This document shows positions 14,101 to 28,195 of a DNA stretch of 64,000 nt, one piece after another. Position numbers and translations under genes: made by a program. The notes beneath the pieces were generated by a model, which did no database searches, was not told the origin of the DNA, and saw only the letters and a program-made list of their open reading frames with translations. The stretch spans positions 122,512,001 through 122,576,000 of the forward strand of contig OX597815.1 of assembly GCA_951406725.2 (NCBI GenBank). Direction: 5' to 3'. The stretch is from Octopus vulgaris. Taxonomy: Eukaryota. The stretch's first letter is position 1. Each line of letters opens with the position of its first letter.

Positions 14101-17100
14101 CTTCTTCTGGTTTACCAATATCAATTCTGGTAATCTCTGTTTTCTCAACAAGTTTATCAGAAATCTCAAATTGGATAGCCACTTCCTCTTTAGTTTCAGG
14201 TTTAATATGATCCTCTGTCTTTTCAATTTCAGTGACTACTTCTTCTGGTTTACCAATATCAATTCTGGTAATCTCTGTTTCCTCAACAGATTTACCAGAA
14301 ATCTCTAATTGGATTGCCACTTCTTCTTTAGTTTCAGGTTTAATATCAACCTCTGTCTTTTCAATTTCAGTACGTACTTCTTCTGTTTTACCAATATCAA
14401 TTCTGGTAATCTCTTTTTTCTCAACAGGTTTATCAGAAATCTCAAGTTGGATAGCCACTTCCTCTTTAGTTTCAGGTTTAATATCAACCTCTGTCTTTTC
14501 AATTTCAGTGACTACTTCTTCTGGTTTACCAATATCGATACTGGTAATCTCTGTTTTCTCAACAGGTTTCTCAGAAATCTCAAGTTGGATAGCCAATTCC
14601 TCTTTACTTTCAGGTTTAATATCAACCTCTGTCTTTTCAATTTCAGTGACAACTTCTTCTGGTTTACCAATATCAATTCTGGTAATCTCTGTTTTCTCAA
14701 CAGGTTTATCAGAAATCTCAAATTGGATAGCCACTTCCTCTTTAGTTGCAGGTTTAATATCAACCTCTGTCTTTTCAATTTCAGTGACTATTTCTTCTGG
14801 CTTACCAATATTGATACTGGTAATCTCTGTTTTCTGAACAGGTTTCTCAGAAATCTCAAGTTGGATAGCCACTTCCTCTTTAGTTTCAGGTTTAATATCA
14901 ACCTCTGTCTTTTCAATTTCAGTGACTACTTCTTCTGCTTTACCAATATCAATTCTGGTAATCTCTGTTTTCTCAACAGATTTATCAGAAATCTCAAATT
15001 GGATTGCCACTTCCTCTTTAGTTTCAGGTTTAATATCAACCTCTGTCTTTTCAACTTTAGTGACTACTTCTTCTGGTTTACCAATATCAATTCTGGTAAT
15101 CTCTGTTGTCTCAACAGGTTTATCAGAAATCTCAAGTTGGATAGCCACTTCCTCATTAGTTTCAGGTTTAATATCAACCTCTGTCTTTTCAATTTCAGTC
15201 ACTACTTCTTCTGGTTTACCAATATCAATTCTGGTAATCTCTGTTTTCTCAACAGGTTTATCAGAAATCTCAAGTTGGATAGCCACTTCCGCTTTAGTTT
15301 CAGGTTTAATATCAACCTCTGTCTTTTCAAGTTCAGTGAAAACTTCTTCTGGTTTACCGATATCAATTCTGGTAATCTCTGTTGTCTCCACAGGTTTATC
15401 AGATATCTCATGTTGGATAGCCACTTCCTCTTTAAATTCAGGTTTAATATCAACCTCTGTCTTTTCAATTTCAGTGACTACTTCTTCTGGTTTACCAATA
15501 TCAATTCTGGTAATCTCTGTTTTCTCAACAGATTTATCAGAAATCTCAAATTGGATAGCCACTTCCTCTTTAGTTTTAGGTTTAATATCAACCTCTGTCT
15601 TTTCAATTTCAGTGACTACTTCTTCTGGTTTACCAATATCGATACTGGTAATCTCTATTTTCTCAACAGGTTTCTCAGAAATCACAAGTTGGAAAGCCAC
15701 TTCCTCTTTAGTTTCAGGTTTAATATCAACCTCTGTCTTTTCAATTTCAGTGACTACTTCTTCTGGTTTACCAATGTCAATTCTGGTAATCTCTGTTTTC
15801 TCAACAGGTTTATCAGAAATCTCAAATTGGATTGCCACTTCCTCTTTAGTTTCAGGTTTAATATCAACCTCTGTCTTTTCAATTTCAGTGACACCTTCTT
15901 CTGCTTTACCAATATCGATACTGGTAATCTCTGTTTTCTCAACAGGTTTCTCAGAAATCCTAAGTTGGATAGCCACTTCCTCTTTAGTTTCAGGTTTAAT
16001 ATCAACCTCTGTCTTTTCAATTTCAGTGACTACTTCTTCTGGTTTACCAATATCAATTCTGGTAATCTCTGTTTTCTCAACAAGTTTATCAGAAATCTCA
16101 AATTGGATAGCCACTTCCTCTTTAGTTTCAGATTTAATATGAACCTCTGTCTTTTCAATTTCAGTGACTACTTCTTCTGGTTTACCAATATCAATTCTGG
16201 TAATCTCTGTTTCCTCAACAGATTTATCAGAAATCTCTAATTGGATTGCCACTTCTTCTTTAGTTTCAGGTTTAATATCAACCTCTGTCTTTTCAATTTC
16301 AGTGACAACTTCTTCTGGTTTACCAATATCAGTTCTGGTAATCTCTGTTGTCTCAACAGTTTTATCAGAAATCTCAAATTGGATAGCCACTTCCTCTTTA
16401 GTTTCAGGTTTATTATCAACCTCTGTCTTTTCAATTTCAGTTATTACTTCTTCTGGTTTACCAATGTCAATTCTGGTAATCTCTGTTTTCTCAACAGGTT
16501 TATCAGAAATCTCAAGTTGGATAGCCACTTCCTCTTTAGATTCTGGTTTAATATCAATATCTGTCTTTTCAATTTCAGTACGTACTTCTTCTGGTTTACC
16601 AATATCAATTCTGGTAATCTCTGTTGTCTCAACAGGTTTATCAGAAATCTCAAGTTGGATAGCCACTTCCTCATTAGTTTCAGGTTTAATATCAACCTCT
16701 GTCTTTTCAATTTCAGTCAATACTTCTTCTGGTTTACCTATATCAATTCTGGTAATCTCTGTTGTCTCCACAGGTTTATCAGATATCTCATGTTGGATAG
16801 CGACTTCCTCTTTAAATTCAGGTTTAATATCAACCTCTGTCTTTTCAATTTCAGTGACTACTTCTTCTGGTTTACCAATATCAATTCTGGTAATCTCTGT
16901 TTTCTCAACAGATTTATCAGAAATCTCAAATTGGGTAGCCACTTCCTCTTTAGTTTTAGGTTTAATATCAACCTCTGTCTTTTCAATTTCAGTGACTACT
17001 TCTTCTGGTTTCCCAGTATCAACTCTGGTAATCTCTGTTGTCTCAACAGGTTTATCAGAAATCTCAAATTGGATAGCCACTTCCTCTTTAGTTTCAGGTT

Positions 17101-20100
17101 TAATACCAACCTCTGTCTTTTCAAATTCAGTGACTACTTCTTCTGGTTTACCAATATCAATTCTGGTAATCACTGTTGTCTCAACAGGTTTATCAGAAAT
17201 CTCAAATTGGATAGCCACTTCCTCTTTAGTTGCAGGTTTAATATCAACCTCTGTCTTTTCAATTTCAGTGACTACTTCTTCTGGTTTACCAATATCAATT
17301 CTGGTAATCTCTGTTTTCTCAAAAGATTTATCAGAAATCTCAAATTGGATAGCCACTTCCTCTTTAGTTTCAGGTTTAATATGAACCTCTGTCTTTTCAA
17401 TTTCAGTGACTACTTCTTCTGGTTTACCAATGTCAATTCTGGTAATCTCTGTTTTCTCAACAGGTTTATCAGAAATCTCAAATTGGATTGCCACTTCCTC
17501 TTTAGATTCAGGTTTAATATCAACCTCTGTCTTTTCAATTTCAGTCACTACTTCTTCTGGTTTACCAATATCAATTCTGGTAATCTCTGTTTTCTCAACA
17601 GGTTTATCAGAAATCTCAAATTGGATAGACACTTCCTCTTTAGCTTCAGGTTTAATATCAACCTCTGTCTTTTCAATTTTAGTCACTACTTCTTCTGGTT
17701 TACCAATATCAATTCTGGTAATCTCTGTTTTCTCAACAGTTTTATCAGAAATCTCAAGTTGGAAAGCCACTTCCTCTTTAGTTTCAGGTTTAATATCAAC
17801 CTCTGTCTTTTCAATTTCAATGACTACTTCTTCTGGTTTACCAATGTCAATTCTGGTAATCTCTGTTTTCTCAACAGGTTTATCAGAAATCTCAAATTGG
17901 ATTGCCACTTCCTCTTTAGTTTCAGGTTTAATATCAACCTCTGTCTTTTCAATTTCAGTGACTACTTCTTCTGGTTTACCAATATCGATACAGGTAATCT
18001 CTGTTTTCTCAACAGGTTTCTCAGAAATCCCAAGTTGGATAGCCACTTCCTCTTTAGTTTCAGGTTTAATATCAACCTCTGTCTTTTCAATTTCAGTGAC
18101 TACTTCTTCTGGTTTACCAATATCAATTCTGGTAATCTCTGTTTTCTCAACAGATTTATCAGAAATCTCTAATTGGATTGCCACTTCTTCTTTAGTTTCA
18201 GGTTTAATATCAACCTCTGTCTTTTCAATTTCAGTGACAACTTCTTCTTGTTTACCAACATCAATTCTGGTAATCTCTGTTGTCTCAACAGGTTTATCAG
18301 AAATCTCAAATTGGATAGCCACTTCCTCTTTAGTTTCAGGTTTAATATCAACCTCTGTCTTTTCAATTTCAGTGATTACTTCTTCTGGTTTACCAATGTC
18401 AATTCTGGTAATCTCTGTTTTCTCAACAGGTTTATCAGAAATCTCAAGTTGGATAGCCACTTCCTCTTTAGATTCTGGTTTAATATCAATATCTGTCTTT
18501 TCAATTTCAGTACGTACTTCTTCTGGTTTACCAATATCAATTCTGGTAATCTCTGTTTTCTCAACAGATTTATCAGAAATCTCAAGTTGGATAGCCACTT
18601 CCTCTTTAGTTTCAGGTATAATATCAACCTCTCTCTTTTCAATTTCAGTGACTACTTCTTGTGTTTTACCAATATCAATTCTGGTAATCTCTGTTTTCTC
18701 AACAGGTTTATCAGAAATCTCAAGTTGGATTGCCACTTCCTCTTTAGATTCAGGTTTAATATCAACATCAGTCTTTTCAATTTCAGTGACTACTTCTTCT
18801 GGTTTACCAATGTCAATTCTGGTAATCTCTGTTTTCTCAACAGGTTTATCAGAAATCTCAAGTTGGACAGCCACTTCCTCTTTAGTTTCAAGTTTAATAT
18901 CAATCTCTGTCTTTTCAATTTCAGTGACTACTTCTTCTGGTTTACCAATATCGATACTGGTAATCTCTGTTTTCTCAACAGGTTTCTCAGAAATCTCAAG
19001 TTGGATAGCCAATTCCTCTTTAGTTTCAGGTTTAATATCAACCTCTGTCTTTTCAATTTCAGTCACTACTTCTTCTGGTTTACCAATATCAATTCTGGTA
19101 ATCTCTGTTTTCTCAACAGGTTTATCAGAAATCTCAAATTGGATAGACACTTCCTCTTTAGATTCTGGTTTAATATCAACCTCTGTCTTTTCAATTTCAG
19201 TGATTACTTCTTCTGGTTTACCAATGTCAATTCTGGTAATCTCTGTTTTCTGAACAGGTTTCTCAGAAATCTCAAGTTGGATAGCCACTTCCTCTTTAGA
19301 TTCTGGTTTAATATCAATATCTGTCTTTTCAATTTCAGTACGTACTTCTTCTGGTTTACCAATATCAATTCTGGTAATCTCTGTTTTCTCAACAGATTTA
19401 TCAGAAATCTCAAGTTGGATAGCCACTTCCTCTTTAGTTTCAGGTATAATATCAACCTCTCTCTTTTCAATTTCAGTGACTACTTCTTCTGGTTTACCAA
19501 TATCGATACTGGTAATCTCTGTTTTCTCAACAGGTTTCTCAGAAATCTCAAGTTGGATAGCCAATTCCTCTTTAGTTTCAGGTTTAATATCAACCTCTGT
19601 CTTTTCAATTTCAGTGACAACTTCTTCTGGTTTACCAATATCAATTCTGGTAATCTCTGTTTTCTGAACAGGTTTCTCAGAAATCTCAAGTTGGATAGCC
19701 ACTTCCTCTTTAGTTTCAGGTTTAATATCAACCTCTGTCTTTTCAATTTCAGTCACTACTTCTTCTGGTTTACCAATATCAATTCTGGTAATCTCTGTTT
19801 TCTCAACAGGTTTATCAGAAATCTCAATTTGGATAGCCACTTCCTCTTTAGTTTCAGGTTTAATATCAACCTCTGTCTTTTCAATTTCAGTCACTACTTC
19901 TTCTGGTTTACCAATATCAATTCTGGTAATCTCTGTTTTCTCAACAGGTTTATCAGAAATCTCAAATTGGATAGCCACTTCCTCTTTAGTTTCAGGTTTA
20001 ATATCAACCTCTGTCTTTTCAATTTCAGTGACTACTTCTTCTGGTTTACCAATATCAATTCTGGTAATCTCTGTTTTCTCAACAGATTTATCAGAAATCT

Positions 20101-23100
20101 CTAATTGGATTGCCACTTCTTCTTTAGTTTCAGGTTTAATATCAACCTCTGTCTTTTCAATTTCAGTGACAACTTCTTCTTGTTTACCAACATCAATTCT
20201 GGTAATCTCTGTTGTCTCAACAGGTTTATCAGAAATCTCAAATTGGATAGCCACTTCCTCTTTAGTTTCAGGTTTAATATCAACCTCTGTCTTTTCAATT
20301 TCAGTGATTACTTCTTCTGGTTTACCAATGTCAATTCTGGTAATCTCTGTTTTCTCAATAGGTTTATCAGAAATCTCAATTTGGATAGCCGCTTCCTCTT
20401 TAGATTCTGGTTTAATATCAATATCTGTCTTTTCAATTTCAGTACGTACTTCTTCTGGTTTACCAATATCAATTCTGGTAATCTCTGTTTTCTCAACAGA
20501 TTTATCAGAAATCTCAAGTTGGATAGCCACTTCCTCTTTAGTTTCAGGTATAATATCAACCTCTCTCTTTTCAATTTCAGTGACTACTTCTTCTGTTTTA
20601 CCAATATCAATTCTGGTAATCTCTTTTTTCTCAACAGGTTTATCAGAAATCTCAAGTTGGATAGCCACTTCCTCTTTAGATTCAGGTTTAATATGAACCA
20701 CTGTCTTTTCAATTTCAGTGACTACTTCTTCTGGTTTACCAATGTCAATTCTGGTAATCTCTGTTTTCTCAACAGGTTTATCAGAAATCTCAAGTTGGAC
20801 AGCCACTTCCTCTTTAGTTTCAAGTTTAATATCAACCTCTGTCTTTTCAATTTCAGTGACTACTTCTTCTGGTTTACCAATATCAATTCTGGTAATCTCT
20901 GTTTTCTCAACAGGTTTATCAGAAATCTCAAGTTGGAAAGCCACTTCTTCTTTAGTTTCAGGTTTAATATCAACCTCTGTCTTTTCAATTTCAGTGACTA
21001 CTTCTTCTGGTTTACCAATGTAAATTCTGGTAATCTCTGTTTTCTCAACAGGTTTATCAGAAATCTCAAATTGGATAGCCACTTCCTCTTTAGTTTCAGG
21101 TTTAATATCAACCTCTGTCTTTTCAATTTCAGTCACTACTTCTTCTGGTTTACCAATATCGATACTGGTAATCTCTTTTTTCTCAACAGGTTTCTCAGAA
21201 ATCCCAAGTTGGATAGCCACTTCCTCTTTAGTTTCAGGTTTAATATCAACCTCTGTCTTTTCAATTTCAGTGACTACTTCTTCTGGTTTACCAATATCAA
21301 TTCTGGTAATCTCTGTTTTCTCAACAGGTTTATCAGAAATCTCAAATTGGATAGCCACTTCCTCTTTAGTTTCAGGTTTAATATCAACCTCTGTCTTTTC
21401 AATTTCAGTGACTACTTCTTCTGGTTTACCAATATCAATTCTGGTAATCTCTGTTTTCTCAACAGATTTATCAGAAATCTCTAATTGGATTGCCACTTCT
21501 TCTTTAGTTTCAGGTTTAATATCAACCTCTGTCTTTTCAATTTCAGTGACAACTTCTTCTTGTTTACCAACATCAATTCTGGTAATCTCTGTTGTCTCAA
21601 CAGGTTTATCAGAAATCTCAAATTGGATAGCCACTTCCTCTTTAGTTTCAGGTTTAATATCAACCTCTGTCTTTTCAAGTTCAGTGATTACTTCTTCTGG
21701 TTTACCAATGTCAATTCTGGTAATCTCTGTTTTCTCAACAGGTTTATCAGAAATCTCAAATTGGATAGCCACTTCCTCTTTAGTTTCAGGTTTAATATCA
21801 ACCTCTGTCTTTTCAATTTCAGTGACTACTTCTTCTGGTTTACCAATGTCAATTCTGGTAATCTCTGTTTTCTCAACAGGTTTATCAGAAATCTCAAGTT
21901 GGACAGCCACTTCCTCTTTAGTTTCAGGTTTAATATCAACCTCTGTCTTTTCAATTTCAGTGACTATTTCTTCTGGCTTACCAATATCGATACTGGTAAT
22001 CTCTGTTTTCTGAACAGGTTTCTCAGAAATCTCAAGTTGGATAGCCACTTCCTCTTTAGTTTCAGGTTTAATATCAACCTCTGTCTTTTCAATTTCAGTC
22101 ACTACTTCTTCTGGTTTACCAATATCAATTCTGGTAATCTCTGTTTTCTCAACAGGTTTATCAGAAATCTCAATTTGGATAGCCACTTCCTCTTTAGTTT
22201 CAGGTTTAATATCAACCTCTGTCTTTTCAATTTCAGTGACAACTTCTTCTGGTTTACCAATATCAATTCTGGTAATCTCTGTTTTCTCAACAGATTTATC
22301 AGAAATCTCAAATTGGATAGCCACTTCCTCTTTAGTTTTAGGTTTAATATCAACCTCTGTCTTTTCAATTTCAGTGACTACTTCTTCTGGTTTACCAATA
22401 TCAATTCTAGTAATCTCTGTTTTCTCAACAGGTTTATCAGAAATCTCAAGTTGGATAGCCACTTCCTCTTTAGTTTCAGGTTTAATATCAACCTCTGTTT
22501 TTTCAATTTCAGTGACTACTTCTTCAGGTTTACCAATATCAATTCTGGTAATCTCTGTTTTCTCAACAGATTTATCAGAAATCCCAAGTTGGATAGACAT
22601 TTCCTTTCTCATTTCTGGTTTAATATCAACCTCTGTCTTTTCAATTTCAGTGACAACTTTTTCTGGTTTACCAATATCAATGGATACAACTTCTGTTTTC
22701 TCAACAGGTTTAGCACCAATGTCAATTTGAATAGACATTTCCTCTTTAGTTTCTGGTTTAATTTCTACTTCTGTCTCCTCAACAGGTTCCTCTGAAACTA
22801 CTTCTTCATGTCTAGTTTCAGAGGGAATTGTTTCTTCAATTGTAATCTCTTGAAGATCAGTGCTATCAACAGCTGTAGACATAGGTATCTCTACATGTTC
22901 TTTCTCTATATCAGTGATATGTTCAATAGCATCATCTAACACATCTTTTGCTGTGTGAATCTCATCACATACACTAACTGATGTTTCTTTTTCTTCATCA
23001 AAAACCTCTTTCGGTTCCACTTTCTTTTCTTCAGTTGATGGAATATGAAAGAATTCTTCTTCAGAAAGTTTTTCTTCGGCTGTACTGACAACGCTTACTG

Positions 23101-24330
23101 ATGGAGCACTTATAATGGTCATTTCAGAGATACCTTTCACTTCTTTACTCACAGGAATGATTTCACTTTCCTTGCTGATTTCAACAACCTTATCAGTTAC
23201 ATCTTCAACAGGAACTTCTTCAATAGCAGATGCTTTTGTAGAACTCACAGAAATTTGAATACCAGTTTTTTCCGCTGGTTTTACAGTTACTGTGTCTTGT
23301 AATAGCATCTCCAATGTCTGCACTGTAATTTCTTTCTCCACTTCTTCTTCACCTGTTGTATATGTCTGTTCAGTCTTTATAATCATTGGTACCTGATCTT
23401 CAGATGTGACTTTCTTAGAGTCAATTGATATTGTCATTTCCACAGGAATATCACTAATTTTCTCTGGAGAAATCTTAGTCTTCCGTTCCTCAGTGCTTGT
23501 AGTTATAATTGAGGTAACTTTAGCAGTTTCAACTTTCTCTGGTATTACCGTCTCAGATATATCAGTTGGTTGAATTTCAGAAACAGGTTTCACTTCTTCT
23601 TCTGGTTGTTTCTCTTTCATAACAGCAGTAGAAATTGCTGTAATATCAGTAATTTGTGGTTTCTTCTCTTTAATTTCCATTTCTTTAGCTTCAATCTGGA
23701 TTGTACTTTCTGGCACAATATCAACTGTAGAAATTTCTGGAATAACTTCAGTTTCTTCTTTGCTAATGATAATTAACTTCTTATCAGTTGTTATCTGTTC
23801 TTTTTCTACAGAAATAACCTCAGATACTGCAGGTGCTACTTGCATTTCAAATTCACTGACTGGTTTCTCAGGTTTACCAATATCAATAGATATGACTTGT
23901 GTTTTCTGAACAGGTTTAGCACCAATATCAAGTTGGATAGAGACTTCTTGTTTACTTTCAGGTTTAATGCCATATTCTTTTGAATCTTTAGTTTCAATTC
24001 GTATATTTTTATCTGTTTGACTCTGAATTTTTGTTGGTTCTATCGTTATTTGTTCCCTTTGTAAAATAGAAACATCATCTGATTTTCCTATTTCTTTTTC
24101 AACATCTTTTGCCTCTACAGTATGTTCTACTATGTCATATGTACTTGGTTCTACTACAAATGAAGCTCTTTGTACAGTGATATCCATTTCAATGCCTGTA
24201 GTTGCTTGCAATTTGGGTGAATAATCTTTTGTTTCCTTAGCTTCCTTTAAAACCTTCTCTGATATTTCTGTAATATTTTCTTCACTATATTCTTCTGTTT
24301 CTTTTATTTCTGTAGGAACTGGCAAATCAC
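8152..24330 (-). CDS. Giant repeat exon B (16,179 bp, 5,393 codons) of a titin/PEVK-like protein
   Basis: 5411-aa stop-free ORF 8090-24325 with no ATG at its start. Acceptor tttgatttatattAG|GTGATTTG at 24330 and donor GACATAG|GTATTT at 8152; both phase 1, length divisible by 3. Confidence 0.9.
9170..22780 (-). repeat. Coding tandem array of ~98-99 x 138-bp units (46-aa repeat)
   Basis: Unit TEVDIKPETKEEVAIQLEISDKPVEKTEITRIDIGKPEEVVTEIEK. Spacing of homologous flanking points (23570 vs 8846 = 14,724 bp) equals 1,206 + 98x138 - 6. Confidence 0.95.
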
Positions 24331-24444
24331 CTAATATAAATCAAACAATTTTAAAAAATACTTTCTCATATAAAAGAAAACATTTTGTTTTGTCTCCATG
24401 TATATATATACCCTTGATCAATGAAAAAAATACATATAATGTCT

Positions 24445-24461
24445 TATATATATATATGCAG

Positions 24462-24533
<72 letters not shown>

Positions 24534-24715
24534 AGATATGTATATATATGTAGATGTATATATATATATATATAGATGTTTATATATTTAGATATTTATA
24601 TATGTAAATGTATATATGTAGATGTATATATCATCATCATCAACATATGTATATATATATATGTATGTATATACATATATATGTAAATATGTATATATAT
24701 ATGTATATATATGTG

Positions 24716-24802
<87 letters not shown>

Positions 24803-24968
24803 ATATATATATATATTTATGTATGTATATATGTGTATATATATATGTATATATACATATGTAAATATATGTATATTTATACATATCTGTATGTGTGTGT
24901 GTAGATATACATATATATATATATATATGCATATATATAGATACACACACACACACATGCACACACGC

Positions 24969-25012
<44 letters not shown>

Positions 25013-25053
25013 GTATATATATATATATATATATGTATATACACACATATATA
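24445..25053. repeat. Compound (TA)n/(GA)n/(CA)n microsatellite
   Basis: Direct reading of the sequence. Confidence 0.95.
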
Positions 25054-25054
25054 T

Positions 25055-25745
25055 GACAGCTGCATACTCGTTACATGAGAAAAGCCATTGCCAAGAAGAC
25101 TTACTGAAAAGGTTTCATGATTATTGCCGTATGATGCCCTTATATGACTTTTAAGTCCAGCCAAGCTTTTACACATTTTATTACATACTAGACAACTGGC
25201 AGGAGAAAGAGGTGCCACCATATGCACTCTCTTAGCATGTCTTTTTAGCCTTCCAACTGAGAGGCACACCCTTCCACATTTTACATATGTTCTGTTATGA
25301 ATTTTAATAGCCACATCATTGTTTATCAAGGGTCGATTTCTATGAGAATCTTGATAGCTCACCAGGCCTGCACGACTCAAACACCACCACCCACAAACCA
25401 TACACATAAAAAGCAACACTCTCCGCAGGTTCCCCCTTCTAAGTCCCCTTCTAATTTTCTCATATTTCACTCTCCCCCTCTCAAACTTTGAACAACCATC
25501 ATGCACTATCTTTCTCCATCCATCATGGTCTTATGCCTCTCTCTCCCAATTACCAGCTGCAATTCCTATCTGTATTAGAGCATTTTAAAGGCAATCCTTA
25601 AACCTTAGTTTAGGCTTTTGCGCTGGTCTCCTGCCATCTTCCAGTCCACCATACAATAGCTGCTTAGGCAGTTGCTCATCATTCATCCTTACCAAATGTC
25701 CCCCCATCTCAAACGTCTTTGGAAAATTATTGACTCTATACTTCT
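25055..25745 (-). mobile_element. Degenerate RTE-clade LINE, 3' part of the ORF
   Basis: With a frameshift the minus strand reads [25 protein letters not shown] (RTE post-RT motif), and later a C2H2-like [17 protein letters not shown]. Confidence 0.75.
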
Positions 25746-26484
25746 ACTGCCACTTCTACATACATATATATATATATACACACACATACATATATATACA
25801 CACACTCACACACATATATATACACACACACACACATATATATATATATACACATATATATATACATATATATACATACATATGTATATATATATACATA
25901 TATATACACATATATATGTATATATATATATATTCATATATATATATACATACATATATACATACATACATACATATATACACTCACACATTTTATTAAT
26001 GAAATAAGATTAAATACACTGCAACCGGAATTTTATAAGCTATGTTATATTTTACATTGAGTGATGCTTTTTATATGAAGATGAATATTTTGATTTTCAT
26101 AGGAATGAAATGGAACCTCTATTCGGCATAATATATAATGTAGTGAAGTTTGTATAATGATTCTTTGTTAGCGATTTGAATGTTTGACAAGGTGAGTGTT
26201 TTATTTTGCTTGTTATTCATACATTTGATGAGATCTGCAACTGCTATCAGTTGTTACCCTATCCTAGCCCAATATATAGTACTCTTTGAATAGATTGTGT
26301 GCCAAATAAAGTAATTGTCTTGGTTGTAATGAAATTGGTGCATACTGGTTAATTTCTATAATTGATTTCATATATTAAATATTACAATATACTAAATGGT
26401 TGATTATAGTCTTGACTAACATATATGTTGAACATTTGAAAGATATGTCTCTGAAACTGAAATTTTTGTGTGCCAATGATTACT

Positions 26485-26882
26485 CTCTTTTATTCTCTTT
26501 TACTTGTTTCAGTCATTTGACTGCGGCCATGCTGAAGCACCGCCTTTAATCGAGAAACTCGACCCCAGGACTTATTCTTTGTAAGCCCAGTACTTATTCT
26601 ATCGGTCTTTTGCCGAACTGCTAAGTGACGGGGACATAAACACACCAGCATCGGTTGTCAAGCAATGCTAGGGGGACAAACACAGACACACAAACATACA
26701 CATACATATATATATATACCTATATACGACGGGCTTCTTTCAGTTTCCGTCTACCAAATCCACTCACAAGGCTTTGGTCGGCCTGAGGCTATAGTAGAAG
26801 ACACTTGCCCAAGGTGCCACGCAGTGGGACTGAACCCGGAACCATGTGGTTGGTAAGCAAGCTACTTACCACACAGCTACTC
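26485..26882 (-). mobile_element. SINE (same family as 50113-50520)
   Basis: Reverse complement of the 50113-50520 element along its whole length, including the internal (TA)/(TG) tract. Confidence 0.85.
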
Positions 26883-27896
26883 ATTAGATATATTACAGAT
26901 TTGTTGGTTATTGATTGAATTGTATAGCTAGTTGGCTTTAATATAACTGAGAAGTGACATAGATTCCTTGTCTTTGAATTTAGACCTAATTTTCCAAAGT
27001 GTTCACAATTTTTATCACAATTCTTTTCAAAAACTTCCATATATAGTTTATTTATTCAAATGTTTCTGATTGTAGAATTATTCTAAATATATAGTTAAAT
27101 AATAATTAAACCTCAAGTTTTTTGTTATATTTTAAATATATCTATTTCATATCCAGTCATTTAACAAGTAAATTTATTTCAACTATTTTCTTAGTAACTT
27201 ATAGTTTTTATCTTAAGAGTACCTTAATATTTTACTCAAGGAGTATGATATCATGGCAAGTAGAGATGTAAATTGCATAAAGTAAAATATAAAAAAAGAT
27301 ATTCTTTTGTTCCATGTAAAACCTCCTTATAATAACAGTTACACATGTCTGACTTTCATCATCTTTAATAAATTAAGTCCTAATTATATTAGTCAAGGTA
27401 GGCTGGTATCAAAAAAGTTTAAAATTATTCATATGTAACTCAACAAAATTGATATCTTTATGAAATTAAAAAACAGTAATAGTTACATTATTTGGTTTGC
27501 AAGATTCTTGATGTGAACTCATGTGTTGAAATATATTTTGTTATATCTCAGGAGGGTCATGATATCAATAATAAACATATGGACTGCATATGTTTATTAT
27601 TGGCATAATGACCTTCCTAAGATACAACAAAACATTTGCTTTAATATTTAAAGAAGAAAAAAAAACAGAAACAAAATGTTTTCTAAATTTCAGAAATATT
27701 ATTGTTGAATTTCTTCTGAGGAAAAAAAATGAAACAAATCAAACTATCAATAGTAAACTGCAATGTGATTGTCTATCTGAAAATAAGACAGGGTGAATAT
27801 AAATGAGGATAAAATAAAAATATGAACAAAAAAAAAATAATCATAAATCAAGAATGTTTTAGTTTTCTACCAAACCTGCTTATAATAAATAAAATC

Positions 27897-27970
27897 TTAA
27901 TTCTTGAAAATAGAAATTATGAGTTTACATACCTGAGATGCAGAAAATTAAATCATAACTTTGGTAAACA
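27897..27970 (-). promoter_or_regulatory. Conserved AG|GT splice block, site 2 of module B
   Basis: tgatttaattttctgcatctcAG|GTATGT (junction 27933/27932). Confidence 0.6.
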
Positions 27971-28164
27971 TTTTAATTAGACTTTAAGATATACTTTCCC
28001 TGTTGAATATTTCTCACTTTTTCCCACATATCTACATATTTTGAGTACAGATACCATAATGGGTATGTAACAATACCATAACGAGTATGTAACAATACTG
28101 TAGTATAACTTTATTAAGTAGATTCAATTTGGTAATTGATAAAAGATGTTCCATAAAAGAAGTT

Positions 28165-28195
28165 GATATCTTACCTGAAATAAAAAAAAAAAACC
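28165..28195 (-). promoter_or_regulatory. Conserved AG|GT splice site 1 of module B
   Basis: ttttttttttatttcAG|GTAAGA (junction 28175/28174). Confidence 0.65.

Noticed and set aside
9170-22780. CRISPR-like or non-coding satellite interpretation of the regular array
   Set aside because: No unique spacers; unit length is a multiple of 3 and all indels are in-frame; eukaryotic context
9206-22795. Long plus-strand ORFs (F/N/L-rich and S/I/T-rich, up to 1302 aa) and short minus-strand K/L/R-rich ORFs
   Set aside because: Shadow frames of the 138-bp coding repeat; they are broken by sporadic stops while the minus-strand E/K frame never is
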